Made by a program: the position numbers and the translations under genes | In this document: positions 40,962-51,580 of the stretch, piece by piece | Numbering within the stretch: position 1 is the stretch's first letter | Layout: every line of letters begins with the position of its first letter | NCBI RefSeq assembly: GCF_006345805.1 | Contig: NC_043008.1 | Location: 40,424,001 to 40,488,000, forward strand | Direction of reading: 5' to 3' | From: Octopus sinensis | Taxonomy: Eukaryota | Length of the DNA: 64,000 nucleotides | The notes under the pieces: generated by a model | What the model was told of the DNA's origin: nothing | The model's database searches: none | Seen by the model: the letters and a program-made list of their open reading frames with translations, nothing else

Positions 40962-43265
40962 TTAATTTCTCTGTGTGAGTATGTTCGGATGGTTGAGTCT
41001 GGGTTTGTACTTTTCAATGAAGAATGTTTCCTTGTTCAGTCTCATTTGTGTTGATGATCCGAAAGCACATTGGTAAAATGGGAAGATTAAAAATTGTGGC
41101 AGTAGTTGCTTTGCGCATTTCTCAATGTGCTCACTAAAAGGTATCATTCTATATTCTGGGAATGCAATCTGTTGTCGATGCAGTGTGCATCTACGCCTGA
41201 GTGATAGTCCCGTGGAACCCACGTAGTCTTGGTGGCAGCCCGAGCATTTAATAACATAAATTATGTTTTCAGAGGCACAAGTAAAGTTAGATTTGATCTT
41301 AAATTTCTGTCCCTCTTTAAAGAAGAATTCTGATCCTTCCAATAGGTTAGGACATGTTGCACAGTTCGATCTACCACATTTTTTTACTTTTGCATCCGTA
41401 ATTTTAGAAGACAATTTTGCCTTTGTGAGAATCTTTTTAAGTGATTTAGGCTGTTGTAGCTTTGGTTTATTTTTAGAATTTCCTTTAATTTTGGGTTTTT
41501 ATGAAGTATTGGTAAATTCTGGGTGATGATGGTGAAGGCTTCTTTGTTTCTGGGGTTGTATGTAGATATGTAAGGTAGTATTTTCGGGGAAGGTGTGTTG
41601 TTGTGTTGAACTTTTCTTAAAGTTTCTATGTTGATTTCTGTTGCACGTCTGATCCCATCCTCTATGAGTTGAGCTGGGTAATGTCTGTCAATTAGGGTGT
41701 TTTTGAGTTCTTGCACTCTAAAGTTCCTGGTATTTTGTTCTGACACCATTGTGCATATCCTTCTTGCAAGGTTGAAGGGGATGTTTGTTTTAGTGTGTCT
41801 TGGGTGGTATGAATTAAAAAGAAGGTATTGTTTGGCGTCTGTGGCTTTGTAAAAAATGTCTGTTTCTATTTTAAGGTTAATTTTTTTAATTAGTATATCC
41901 AAGAACGGGAGCTCCTTTTGGTTGTATTCCATTGTGAACTGTATATTTGGGTTTATGCTGTTCAATAGGTTTTTAAATTTTAGGAGTTTATCTATGTTTT
42001 CATTCCAGAGAATGAAACAATCGTCTAGGAATCGTTTCCAATTCTCTTTTATGTATTGAGAGAGGGAGTTTCCAAAGATTAATAGAGATTCCTGGTAAAT
42101 GATTATTTCCATGTATCCCATTGTTAAGTTCGCAATGACTGGTGCTGCCCTTGTACCCATAGCAATTCCGGATTTTTGACGGTAAAATGTATTGTCAAAC
42201 ATGAAGTGGTTATTGTGTAGGATGAATTCAATTGATTTAGTAATGAATTCCTTACTGATTCTTTTTGGTATTTCTTCCGGAAATTGGTCTAACCAGAATT
42301 GTATTGCCTCCAGTCCATAATTATGAGGTATACTGGTATACAAGTTGACTACATCAAATGAAACCAGGATTGTTTCTTCCTTGTTTTTTTTTGGAAGGTG
42401 GTTTAACATATCTAAGTCATCTCTGATATGGCTATCGATATGTTTAAGGAAGGGTTTCAAGAGGATGTCCATACGTAGACTTAGTCTGTGTGTTTCACAG
42501 GTTGGGCCAGCTACAATGGGTCGTAGTTTTAGGTCCCCCGGATTAGGTGTGTGTATGTATGTCTTTGGTGATTTTTTAATGGTTTCATTTATAATTTGAC
42601 TTTTATGAATTTTTGGCAGACCATAGAAAAGGCTAGGTTTGCATTTAAAGTTTGTTAGGAAATCAATCTCTTTGGTTGTCAGTTCCTTTTCATGGGTTTT
42701 AATTAGTGAAGATAGAGTTTTCATTATTTTTTGTGGGGTGTAGTTGGTAATTTTTTCATAATGTCGGTCTTCATCAAGCAAGGAAATTACAAGATTTCTG
42801 TAGTATGATGTATTCATTATTACAACTGCATTTCCCTTGTCCGCTTCCTTAATGGTTATATCTTCATCATTTTGGAGTTCTATCAGTTCTTTCCATTGTG
42901 TAGTGTTAAAATTTGGGTTAGCTTTCTGTTTATGTATAGTATGGTAGGGGAAGTTCTCAATGTGGTTACAGAATTCGTCAAGATCTTTATTTCTTCCTCT
43001 GTGTGGGATGTGTTCACTTTTGTTCTTCAGTATTGAAACTGTTTGATGCTTCTGCTAGTCTTAATTTTCTGCAAAATTCTGTTATATTATCCTTGAGTTC
43101 ATTTAGGTTTGCTCTGCGTGGAGTTGGTGTAAATTTGAGCCCTTTTGCGAGGATGTCAATTTTTATGTTAGAAAGAGGTTTGGTTGAAAGATTGATTATC
43201 TTCGGTTTTTCCTTATTACTAGGTTCCAGCCTGTGTCCTGGTGTCCCTGGTCCCTGGCTAAAAAA
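40962..43265 (-). pseudogene. PLE reverse transcriptase + GIY-YIG endonuclease polyprotein, disrupted by frameshifts near 43010 and 41470
   Basis: Hand translation: KIINLSTKPLS..LAKGLKFTPTP, IKEADKGNAVVIMN, RPIVAG, VSFDVVNLYTSIP, GIAMGTRAAP, WKRFLDDCF, LPFLDILI, QQPKSLKKILTKAKL, linker KCGRSNCATC, NIIYVIKCSGCHQDYVGSTG..RRRCTLH. Spans track ORFs 41384-42817 and 40962-41414 plus upstream in-frame pieces. Confidence 0.93.
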
Positions 43266-44194
43266 TGTTGGGTGTAATTTTGTTTGTATGAGTTGTCTGT
43301 GAGGTTGTGTGGTATTTGGTCGGGGGAGTGGTGGTATTGTTGCCTCCGATCGTTGTGTGTGTGAGGGAATCTATGGTTGTTAATGCTTGTGGTGTGTGTA
43401 AAATTTCTGTATGGGGAATATTTTTGTTTCGAACTTCTTGTATGTGGGATGTTGCTTGACATAGTGTTTCTTTGCGTTTGTCTTGTGTTTAGTGGGGACC
43501 AGTAGTTTTGGTTCATGGGGTAGTAGTGATTTGTGTGTGGTGTATTTCTTATCCTAGTGTCGTATTGTGCTGTATGGTGGTTGGGTCTGGTATTAGGATG
43601 TTGTTGGTTTGTTCTGTTTTTGGTGTAATTTCTTTCATAGACGCGTCCTCTTTCAGCTAGTTCCCTGTTAAGTCTAGCGTGGTTTGTAAAGGTTGGTTGT
43701 GGGTGATTTCTGTTTTTAGTGTATGGAGGATAGTTGGGGGTTGTTCGTGGGTTGTTAGGTTTTTCTTTTTTATTTATTGTAATTTTCTTAAGGAAGGGAT
43801 TATTTGTACCCAATTCATTTTTGAAGGTTTCACTATATTTTTGGAAGAAGTCCATGTTTTTTTCCCAGCGTAGGAGAGAATTTCTCTCTTCTCTCTCACA
43901 GGAATCCTTCCAGTGATCCAATGTATTATCGAGGGGTTGTCCCTCGGTATCTTTTAGTATTAGATTGTGCATCTCCTCGTCTATGCTTTTAAGTTTTTCT
44001 TCATTTGTGGAGGCCCTGAGTCTTAGAAGCTCTATTTCTGATTTAAAATTGAACAGAGCTGACTTTTCTCTAATAGATCTCTGTCCGTCAGGCTCGTTAG
44101 GAATTAATTTTATCTGGAATTTGCGTGGGAGGATAATTGGTGTTGAGTTTATCCATCCCTCGTAGATATCTGCTTTGTTGGAATTTTTTATCAT
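43196..44194 (-). CDS. PLE upstream ORF (ORF1-like; helical N-terminal half, then N/T/R/H/Q-rich low-complexity region), probably 5'-truncated at the inversion junction
   Basis: 332-aa open frame inside the PLE, starting exactly at the inversion breakpoint (44195/44196) and overlapping the RT frame. The helical/coiled-coil character is my inference from ELLRLRASTNEEKLKSIDEEM. Confidence 0.7.
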   Translation of the reverse strand: MIKNSNKADIYEGWINSTPIILPRKFQIKLIPNEPDGQRSIREKSALFNFKSEIELLRLRASTNEEKLKSIDEEMHNLILKDTEGQPLDNTLDHWKDSCEREERNSLLRWEKNMDFFQKYSETFKNELGTNNPFLKKITINKKEKPNNPRTTPNYPPYTKNRNHPQPTFTNHARLNRELAERGRVYERNYTKNRTNQQHPNTRPNHHTAQYDTRIRNTPHTNHYYPMNQNYWSPLNTRQTQRNTMSSNIPHTRSSKQKYSPYRNFTHTTSINNHRFPHTHNDRRQQYHHSPDQIPHNLTDNSYKQNYTQHFLARDQGHQDTGWNLVIRKNRR

Positions 44195-44713
44195 GATTGG
44201 AAGGATCAGAATTCTTCTTTAAAGAGGGACAGAAATTTAAGATCAAATCTAACTTTACTTGTGCCTCTGAAAACATAATTTATGTTATTAAATGCTCGGG
44301 CTGCCACCAAGACTACGTGGGTTCCACGGGACTATCACTCAGGCGTAGATGCACACTGCATCGACAACAGATTGCATTCCCAGAATATAGAATGATACCT
44401 TTTAGTGAGCACATTGAGAAATGCGCAAAGCAACTACTGCCACAATTTTTAATCTTCCCATTTTACCAATGTGCTTTCGGATCATCAACACAAATGAGAC
44501 TGAACAAGGAAACATTCTTCATTGAAAAGTACAAACCCAGACTCAACCATCCGAACATACTCACACAGAGAAATTAACAAGGAAAAGGGAAAAAAAAATT
44601 TTAAGCGATTATCTCCCTTACACCGGAAGAAATCACTCACTACCTCCCCTTATTTAGAAATCTCCTGGAAATAAAAACAACGATAACTCCATGCAATATA
44701 AACATAACGTCAC

Positions 44714-44753
44714 AAGAAATTTGAAAAGCTACACGCGAAACCGGTAATTTCTT
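44714..44753 (+). ncRNA. Minimal type-I hammerhead ribozyme, U3-A8 core variant (inverted pLTR copy)
   Basis: AAGAAAT-TTGAAAA-GC(TACAC)GC-GAAA-CCGGTA-ATTTCTT: 7-bp stem I, core UUGAAAA, 2-bp stem II, GAAA, palindromic ACCGGU stem III, GUA cleavage triplet. Confidence 0.8.
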
Positions 44754-44901
44754 TAAAAACTTTTAAATTATGTCATTTTAAGGAAAGGAAAAAAAAAAAA
44801 GAAAAAAAAAATTTTTCCAATATTCTCCAGACATTTTGACACAAATATATATATTTTTTAACATTTAAGCCTTCTGTCGTTTTTTCACACTTTACCATTT
44901 T

Positions 44902-45048
<147 letters not shown>

Positions 45049-45411
45049 AATCTAATGATTTTTAAGCACCGTTTCGGACTCAAACGTAACTGACCCGTGA
45101 AAGCCCTTCAATGAACTTAGTCCGTACAATTACAATTTGCTGCGTGTAAGTGCAAAATTCATGCACTCGATAATTCAGTATGTCACAGAAAATAGTAGAA
45201 AACTCCAGTGAATGGAAACAATATATATTTCAAATTTTACTCGTGTTAAAGATGTATTACTATTGCATAATTCTGCATAAATCTTGTATAGTAATCCATT
45301 CACAATCGATCAATCAGGTTTCTATAGAAATCAAGAAATTAACACCAGCTTATCCTTCTCAAACCTTTAGCAGTTTACTCGGAATAAAGTACAAAATAAA
45401 TCAAAGGAGAT

Positions 45412-47709
45412 GTTAGTTAGTTAGTTAGTTAATTTGGCTCAAAAGCAAATAGCAAGGCCATGTAGGGGGACATGGAGTTAAGTACAGGGTGGTGTTCATG
45501 TAAAGAGTTCAGGCCACTTGAGGTCCAGGGAGGCTTTGAACAAAGCGGTCGTCGGCATCTTCACCATCTCGTCTGGCAGCTTGTTCCACGGATCCGCAAC
45601 CCGGACGGAGAAAGCTCCTCTCCTTCGATTGAGATGAAATCGTCGCAGGTAGAGCTTTTCGGAATGACCCCGCAGCCGACGCTCCGGAGCAGGAGTGAAG
45701 AAGAGCTCTTTCGAGAGGTTACACTTCCCGCTTATGATGTTGTGGGCGAGAATGAGATCACCACGGCGGCGGCGTTTTTCAAGAGAATAAAGGTCGAGCG
45801 TCCTCAGCCTTTCTTCGTAGGACAAATTTTTGAGACCATGAACCATGCGGGTAGCCAGCCTCTGGACTCTTTCGAGATGCTGTATGTCTTTGAGGAGATA
45901 AGGAGAAGAGGCTTGAATCCCATACTCCAATATGGGTCTCACCAGCGTGACATAGAGTGTCAGGAATATGGCTGCTGTGAGCATTCCGAATGACCGTCGA
46001 ATCAAAAACAGAATTCCGCGCGCTTTGTTGGCGGCATGGACGCACTGGGCCGAAGGCGAAAAGGAGGAATCCACCAAGATACCCAGGTCCTTTACCTGAT
46101 CGACCCGGCTCGAAATCAAGTTGAGTTGCAGGAGTAGAGCCGACAGGCAGATGACAGCACCTTGACACGTTCAGACACAGGTCCCAATCGTTAGACCACT
46201 TCCAAATTTGGTGGAGGCATCGACGAAGATCCTCTATACTACCGCGAGGAGCGACCAGTTTGATATCGTCGGCAAATAGAAGGGTGTGTTGCGTGAGGTC
46301 GTCGGGCAAGTCATTTATGAAGACTAAGAACAACAAGGGCCCAAGCACTGAACCTTGAGGCACGCCACTGCTCGCACTGGAGACGTCGGACCGCGAACCA
46401 TTAACTTGAACTTGGAAAGAGCGATCTGAGAGGAAGGCACCAACCCATCGTACAATATCCGGATGGAAACTATATGCTTGAAGCTTGACAAGTAGTAGGC
46501 GGTGGTTTACCGAGTCAAAAGCTTTGGCAAAGTCCAATAAAACGATGTCAACAGCATCACTATCATCGAGGATGCGCGTCACCAATTCTTCCATTACTAG
46601 TAAGTTGGTCAAGCATGATCTCTTCGGCACGAAGCCGTGTTGGGAATCAGTGATCGAGGCTGTGTTTAGGAGGTGGAGCATCATACTTTTCTTAAGGATG
46701 GTTTCGAACATCTTGCTGATTATTGATGTAAGGGAAACCGGTCGGTAGTGAAGCGGGTCTTCGCGGCTCCCTTTCTTGAAAATTGGGCAGATTGTCGCTG
46801 TTCTCCAGTCTGCAGGTATAACACCCGTCGCCAATGACATATTGAATAGTCGTGTTAAGGGCTCGCAGATAACCGGAGCCAACGCTTTGATAACCCGTGG
46901 GTGTATGCCGTCAGGGCCGTGACCCTTGTTGACATCGAGGCCTTGAATAACACGTTTGACTTCGTCCCGCGTGATGATCAATCGAAGCATTGGAGGTACC
47001 GATCTATCAAATGGAGGGGGTTCACGACCATCGTCTTGTTTGAAAATAGTTGAAAAATCCTCGGCAAATAATTGACTCTGTTGATAAGGGTCTTCAATCG
47101 ATACGCCCGCTGAGTCTACCAACGTTGCAATCTGGTTGTTCAAGCGGGAATTCCGCTGGACATGGGCAAAGAAGGTTTTTGGATTGCTACTGGCATTTGC
47201 CGCGATTTTGTATTCATAACTGAAGCGTTCTTTCTTTTCAATTTTCACGGCTCGGTCTCGTTGAGTTTTGTACACCTCAAAAGCTGCAGTCGAATCCAGA
47301 TTTTTGAATTCAGCCCAAGCAATATCTCTGAGTCGACGTTCTCGTTTAACCTTCTTCGTCACCCAGTGCTTGTGTTTCTTCCTCTTGGGAAGCCCAACGG
47401 GAACTGCCTGGTCAGTCAAACATATTACATATGCTTTGAGGGATGACCATAGTTCGTCAACTGAGGACAACGTCATCAGGGATCGCCAGTCCAGAAGCGC
47501 GGAAGCCTTGGTTAGAATTTCAAGATTAATTGCAGAGAAGACTCTACGTGGCAGCGAAGTAATCATGGGCATGGAAAAAGTTGTGTGCATGACGAACTTC
47601 AGGACCGCATGATCACTCTTGGCAAGAGGGGCGCACACAGATACGTCTGACACTGATCTTGGATAGCGGGAGAATACCAGATCTAGCATAGATGGCTGCT
47701 GCCCAGACC
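45412..47709 (-). mobile_element. CR1-clade LINE, 5'-truncated (end of APE endonuclease + RT + C-terminus), (CTAA)n tail
   Basis: SGQQPSMLDLVF..SDH, KGHGPDGI, YRPVSLTS, QHGFVPKRSC, DFAKAFDSV, GVPQGSVLGPLLF, FADD, VKDLGILVD, LVRPILEY, LERVQRLATRM, SYEERL, RRGDLI. One frameshift near 46110-46120; tail (TTAG)n on plus at 45412-45432; possible 5-bp TSD GAGAT (45407-45411 / 47710-47714). Confidence 0.93.
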
Positions 47710-49445
47710 GAGATAGTACTAGACTTACGAATTTGGACCAAATGAAGTGGTAGGTATGCATACCAGCAGTCTTAGTTGATAATTCCAAAGTTGGGGTAGA
47801 AGTGAAATAAGATTTGTTAAATATTTCAGAGGCAGTGAAATTCTTATTGACCAAACCAAATATACAAAGCTGTAGCAGGAATATCTAGCAACTGCAAAAC
47901 TTCTCTTGTGGAAGCGTTTCTAATAGCAATTTCATGCTTGGCGCACTTGTTATTGAAAATGTACCGAGTGTGCTTATTCAGTAAATGATAGTCACTAGAC
48001 AGCAGAGGAAAACTGTGAGCCAGCAAGCAGACCAAAACTGTATCATAAAACCAAAACAATGGACTTCGATGACGACGGCATTGCAGTGTAACCAGCTGAC
48101 TACAAAAAGCAAAACTTTGGCTAACCGATCCAGTAGTAACGAAAACATTTGTTTTGCTAAGGTTAAAAATAAATATTTTTGTTTAAAACACCTTATCAGA
48201 ATATGTGTTCTTTCGATATCAACTATTTGATGTACACAATAATTTAGATTTCTAGCACTGTGGATAATTTCTTTATATTTACTGTATAAATAATGTGAAG
48301 TATTAGTCATTTTGTTTACATGTAAATTTCTGAGTTGAAACGCATTTATACTTACTCAAAGCCATTCACACTCACTTAAAGATCGCCAAAGGTCCAAATT
48401 TGTTCATAAGGAATATTATTTACTTCACAATATAATATCGTTATATCACCATTAACTTGGAATATCTGCTTTTTCTAGAAGACGCATTAGTAAATGAGAA
48501 CTAGCCACCAATGTAACTAATAAATTATTTACTAGGGTACACATTCTGTTCTGAAGAGATAGTTATTCTTAGAGGAATAATTAAATATTTTAAGTTTTAA
48601 AATTAAGATAATTGCAATATGGCTAAGACAGCTTTTAGTAACAAAAATGTCAAATTTAATTAATTCATAATTAATTCGTAATTAGTGAAGTAGAAGAAAA
48701 TAATAAGAATGAGAATAACAAATATATGAAGAAGAAATCACAATAAATCTAAAAGGAATAGCAAATATTTACATGGTTAAAAATAACCAAAGATAACCAA
48801 ATAATTTAATTTTAGATTTAAATAACAATAACTATCGCTTCTACTGCACACCTGAAATTTTTGAGGAGATGAGAGGTACCTGTTCCTGGCTTTCGGTTTG
48901 CAATATACGCCCTACATACGTCATCTTTGTGGACTAAGTATGCAGTGCGTCAAACTGCAAAACATATAACGGCATGTTATTTTCATTTGTCACCTTGTAT
49001 ATTCCATAATGGAACTTCCATTAAACTCTTTCTGTAGTTTGAAGGTTTCTTCAAATTTCTTGCTTGCTCGAGATACTTCTACTTCATAGCAGATATATAT
49101 AGAGTACTGGGTTGTATGATTAAGGACACGCCTGAGACAGCCAACCCAAATACTAGAGACGCTATTACAATTCCCTTAATATTTTACATTTCGCTTAATG
49201 TTCGCTATTACACTTAATATTACGCTTAATATTCGCTATTACACACCACTTAATATTTTTGGCTCCTCACCGAAGGCTAAAGAACACGTGTACACACAAA
49301 GGATAAAAACTACATCACCAAATAGGGATTATAACAAGTCACTACGAAAATCGCAGTCACCGGAAACTCGAGTCGCGAATAGTTGAAGAAATAGAAACTT
49401 ACAGAGAAAAACATGTAAGTATCAATATATGTATAAGAAACAGGA

Positions 49446-49676
49446 AGGCGGCGAGCTGGCAGAAACGTTAGCACGTCGGGCGAAACGCTTAGCGGTATTT
49501 CGTCTGCCATTACTTCCTGAGTTCAAATTCCGCCGAGGTCGTCTTTACCTTTCATCCTTTCAGAGTCGCTAAATAAAGTACCAGTTACGCACTGGGGTCG
49601 ATGTGATCGACTTAATCCCTTTGTCTGTCCTTGTTTGTCCCGTCTATGTTTAGCCCCTTGTGGGCAATAAAGAAAG
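49446..49676 (+). mobile_element. Full-length octopus-type tRNA-related SINE (GGCGGCGAGCTGGCAGAA family) with 16-bp TSD
   Basis: GAGTTCAAATTCC B-box-like motif; TSD ATATATGTATAAGAAA at 49425-49440 and 49677-49692; homologous decayed copies elsewhere in the window. Confidence 0.88.
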
Positions 49677-50385
49677 ATATATGTATAAGAAAAAGGGGAG
49701 CGAATCCCTATTGTCTTCTAGCAGGCAGCTGGATTAACAGACCGAACGGCTTCGCGCTACTAGTGCCCATCGCCAGTACTGAATACCCGGCCGCTAAAGA
49801 TAACAACAATTCGTTCCCGCTCACAATGTATTCTCTACCTAGCTACTTTTCTTGTTGCAAGATCAGTGAGTGTTGTCAAATGGCTTTCTATATATTGTGA
49901 GCTGGGGTGAATTCGTGCTATATCCTTCAGGATGTATTCTAAGTGTTACCCTCTATTCTCGTCTTCTTGACTCAAAGTCCATATTTTGATCGAATGTTCG
50001 TCCTTGTCTACCATCCTAAATCGCACACAGTGTCATTTTGTTTTGTGTGCTCTCGTCTCTGTATTTTCTGCATTTTTTTTCTTTAGGGGCGCCGCCAAAT
50101 GCGAAGCTCTCGGTTTTATCAGTAAAGGTGCGAAACTGAGTATTAGTAGTTGGTTGATATCTGATGAAAAATTCAGGACCTTCTCTGTCTCCCGCCCGGC
50201 TTTACAGTTAGTATGAGGAATATTGAATGTAACTTCATTGCACTTCTATCAACTATCTTTCCACTCTCTCTGTCTTTCTCATTCTTTGCCTCTCTGAGTT
50301 TCTGTCTGTCTATGTTTATTTACCATAATTTTTCTTTCCTTTTATATATATACACGCACACACACACACACACATACACACACAC

Positions 50386-50436
<51 letters not shown>

Positions 50437-51451
50437 ATTCAGGTGAAGAAGCCACTTAAATAGAAAGGCACCGTGTAAGGGTACAATGCAAGCAGAGTAA
50501 GTGTAGACAAATACAAATATTGGTACCGTAGTTATGGAGCCATTGCATATCTCCGATATTGCGGATATATAATTTTTGAAGAGGACAACAATATTTGTTG
50601 CCCTCTTTAACAATCATATATATATATAGAGAGAGAGACGTACGTAATAGTTGAAATGAACTTTCATACACGTATATTTTGGCTTGTATATATATATATA
50701 TATATATATATAGGAGTGACGCAACGTTACAAGACAAGCCAAGCACGTTTGGACTTTGTGAGAAAGCGCCAAAGGGTACAACATGAAGTGGAATACCCTG
50801 CCGAAATGTATACTGTACATCAAGACCAGTAGGGAGTGCATTTTTGTTTTGGCTCAGAAGAGAGCGTTCACAGCAACAATACCCTCACCCCCTCTAAAGA
50901 ATTTGACTAGAGCATATACCGGTACACCCAGGTACAAACACGCACACTTCAATAAGGCGGCCTTCACTCTCGACGTATTCTTCTAGACACACATGGTACC
51001 CCACATATATAACCCCCACACACACATTGTATCCCTAACCAACCTAATGCTAATATAAAGCCTCCACGACCCTAACCAATACATAAGGAAAACAGACTGA
51101 CGAACACAATTATATACACATAAAATCCCGCATAAAAGTGATACATACGACAGCACTACTCATATCACATTTTCCCTCCCCACAGAAGCGCCATACTTAG
51201 AAACACACACATTTCCCACAAGCACTTCAAGATAATTCTTACAGCGAAAGAAACCCAGGTACATAACACCTATCCTAATCCCCTACTTAGTTTCACCATT
51301 GTTTTCATAGCAACCGCAAACCAGATGTGCTCATTCAGCTCAAACGCAAAACTGTGACTGCGTATAATACTACTTCTGCATAGCACAAGGTAAAGTCTGA
51401 ATGAGGGCGAGTTTTATACTGTACCCTACTAAGTTCTTAACAGAATATATC

Positions 51452-51488
<37 letters not shown>

Positions 51489-51495
51489 CATACAT

Positions 51496-51580
<85 letters not shown>

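Noticed and set aside
44197-44577. Apparent stand-alone GIY-YIG gene on the plus strand
   Set aside because: It is the inverted pLTR copy of the PLE endonuclease, truncated at the inversion; the start is a TTG at the junction.
45472-47612. Plus-strand ORFs 45472-45993, 46485-46748, 47162-47446, 47268-47612
   Set aside because: Antisense shadows of the CR1 coding sequence.
47710-47854. N-terminal extension of the 691-aa CR1 ORF
   Set aside because: Flanking DNA that happens to be in frame; LINE homology starts near SGQQP.
51025-51085. CCCTAA telomere-like hexamers (also GGTTTAGGGTTAG near 31880)
   Set aside because: Isolated one or two units; no array.
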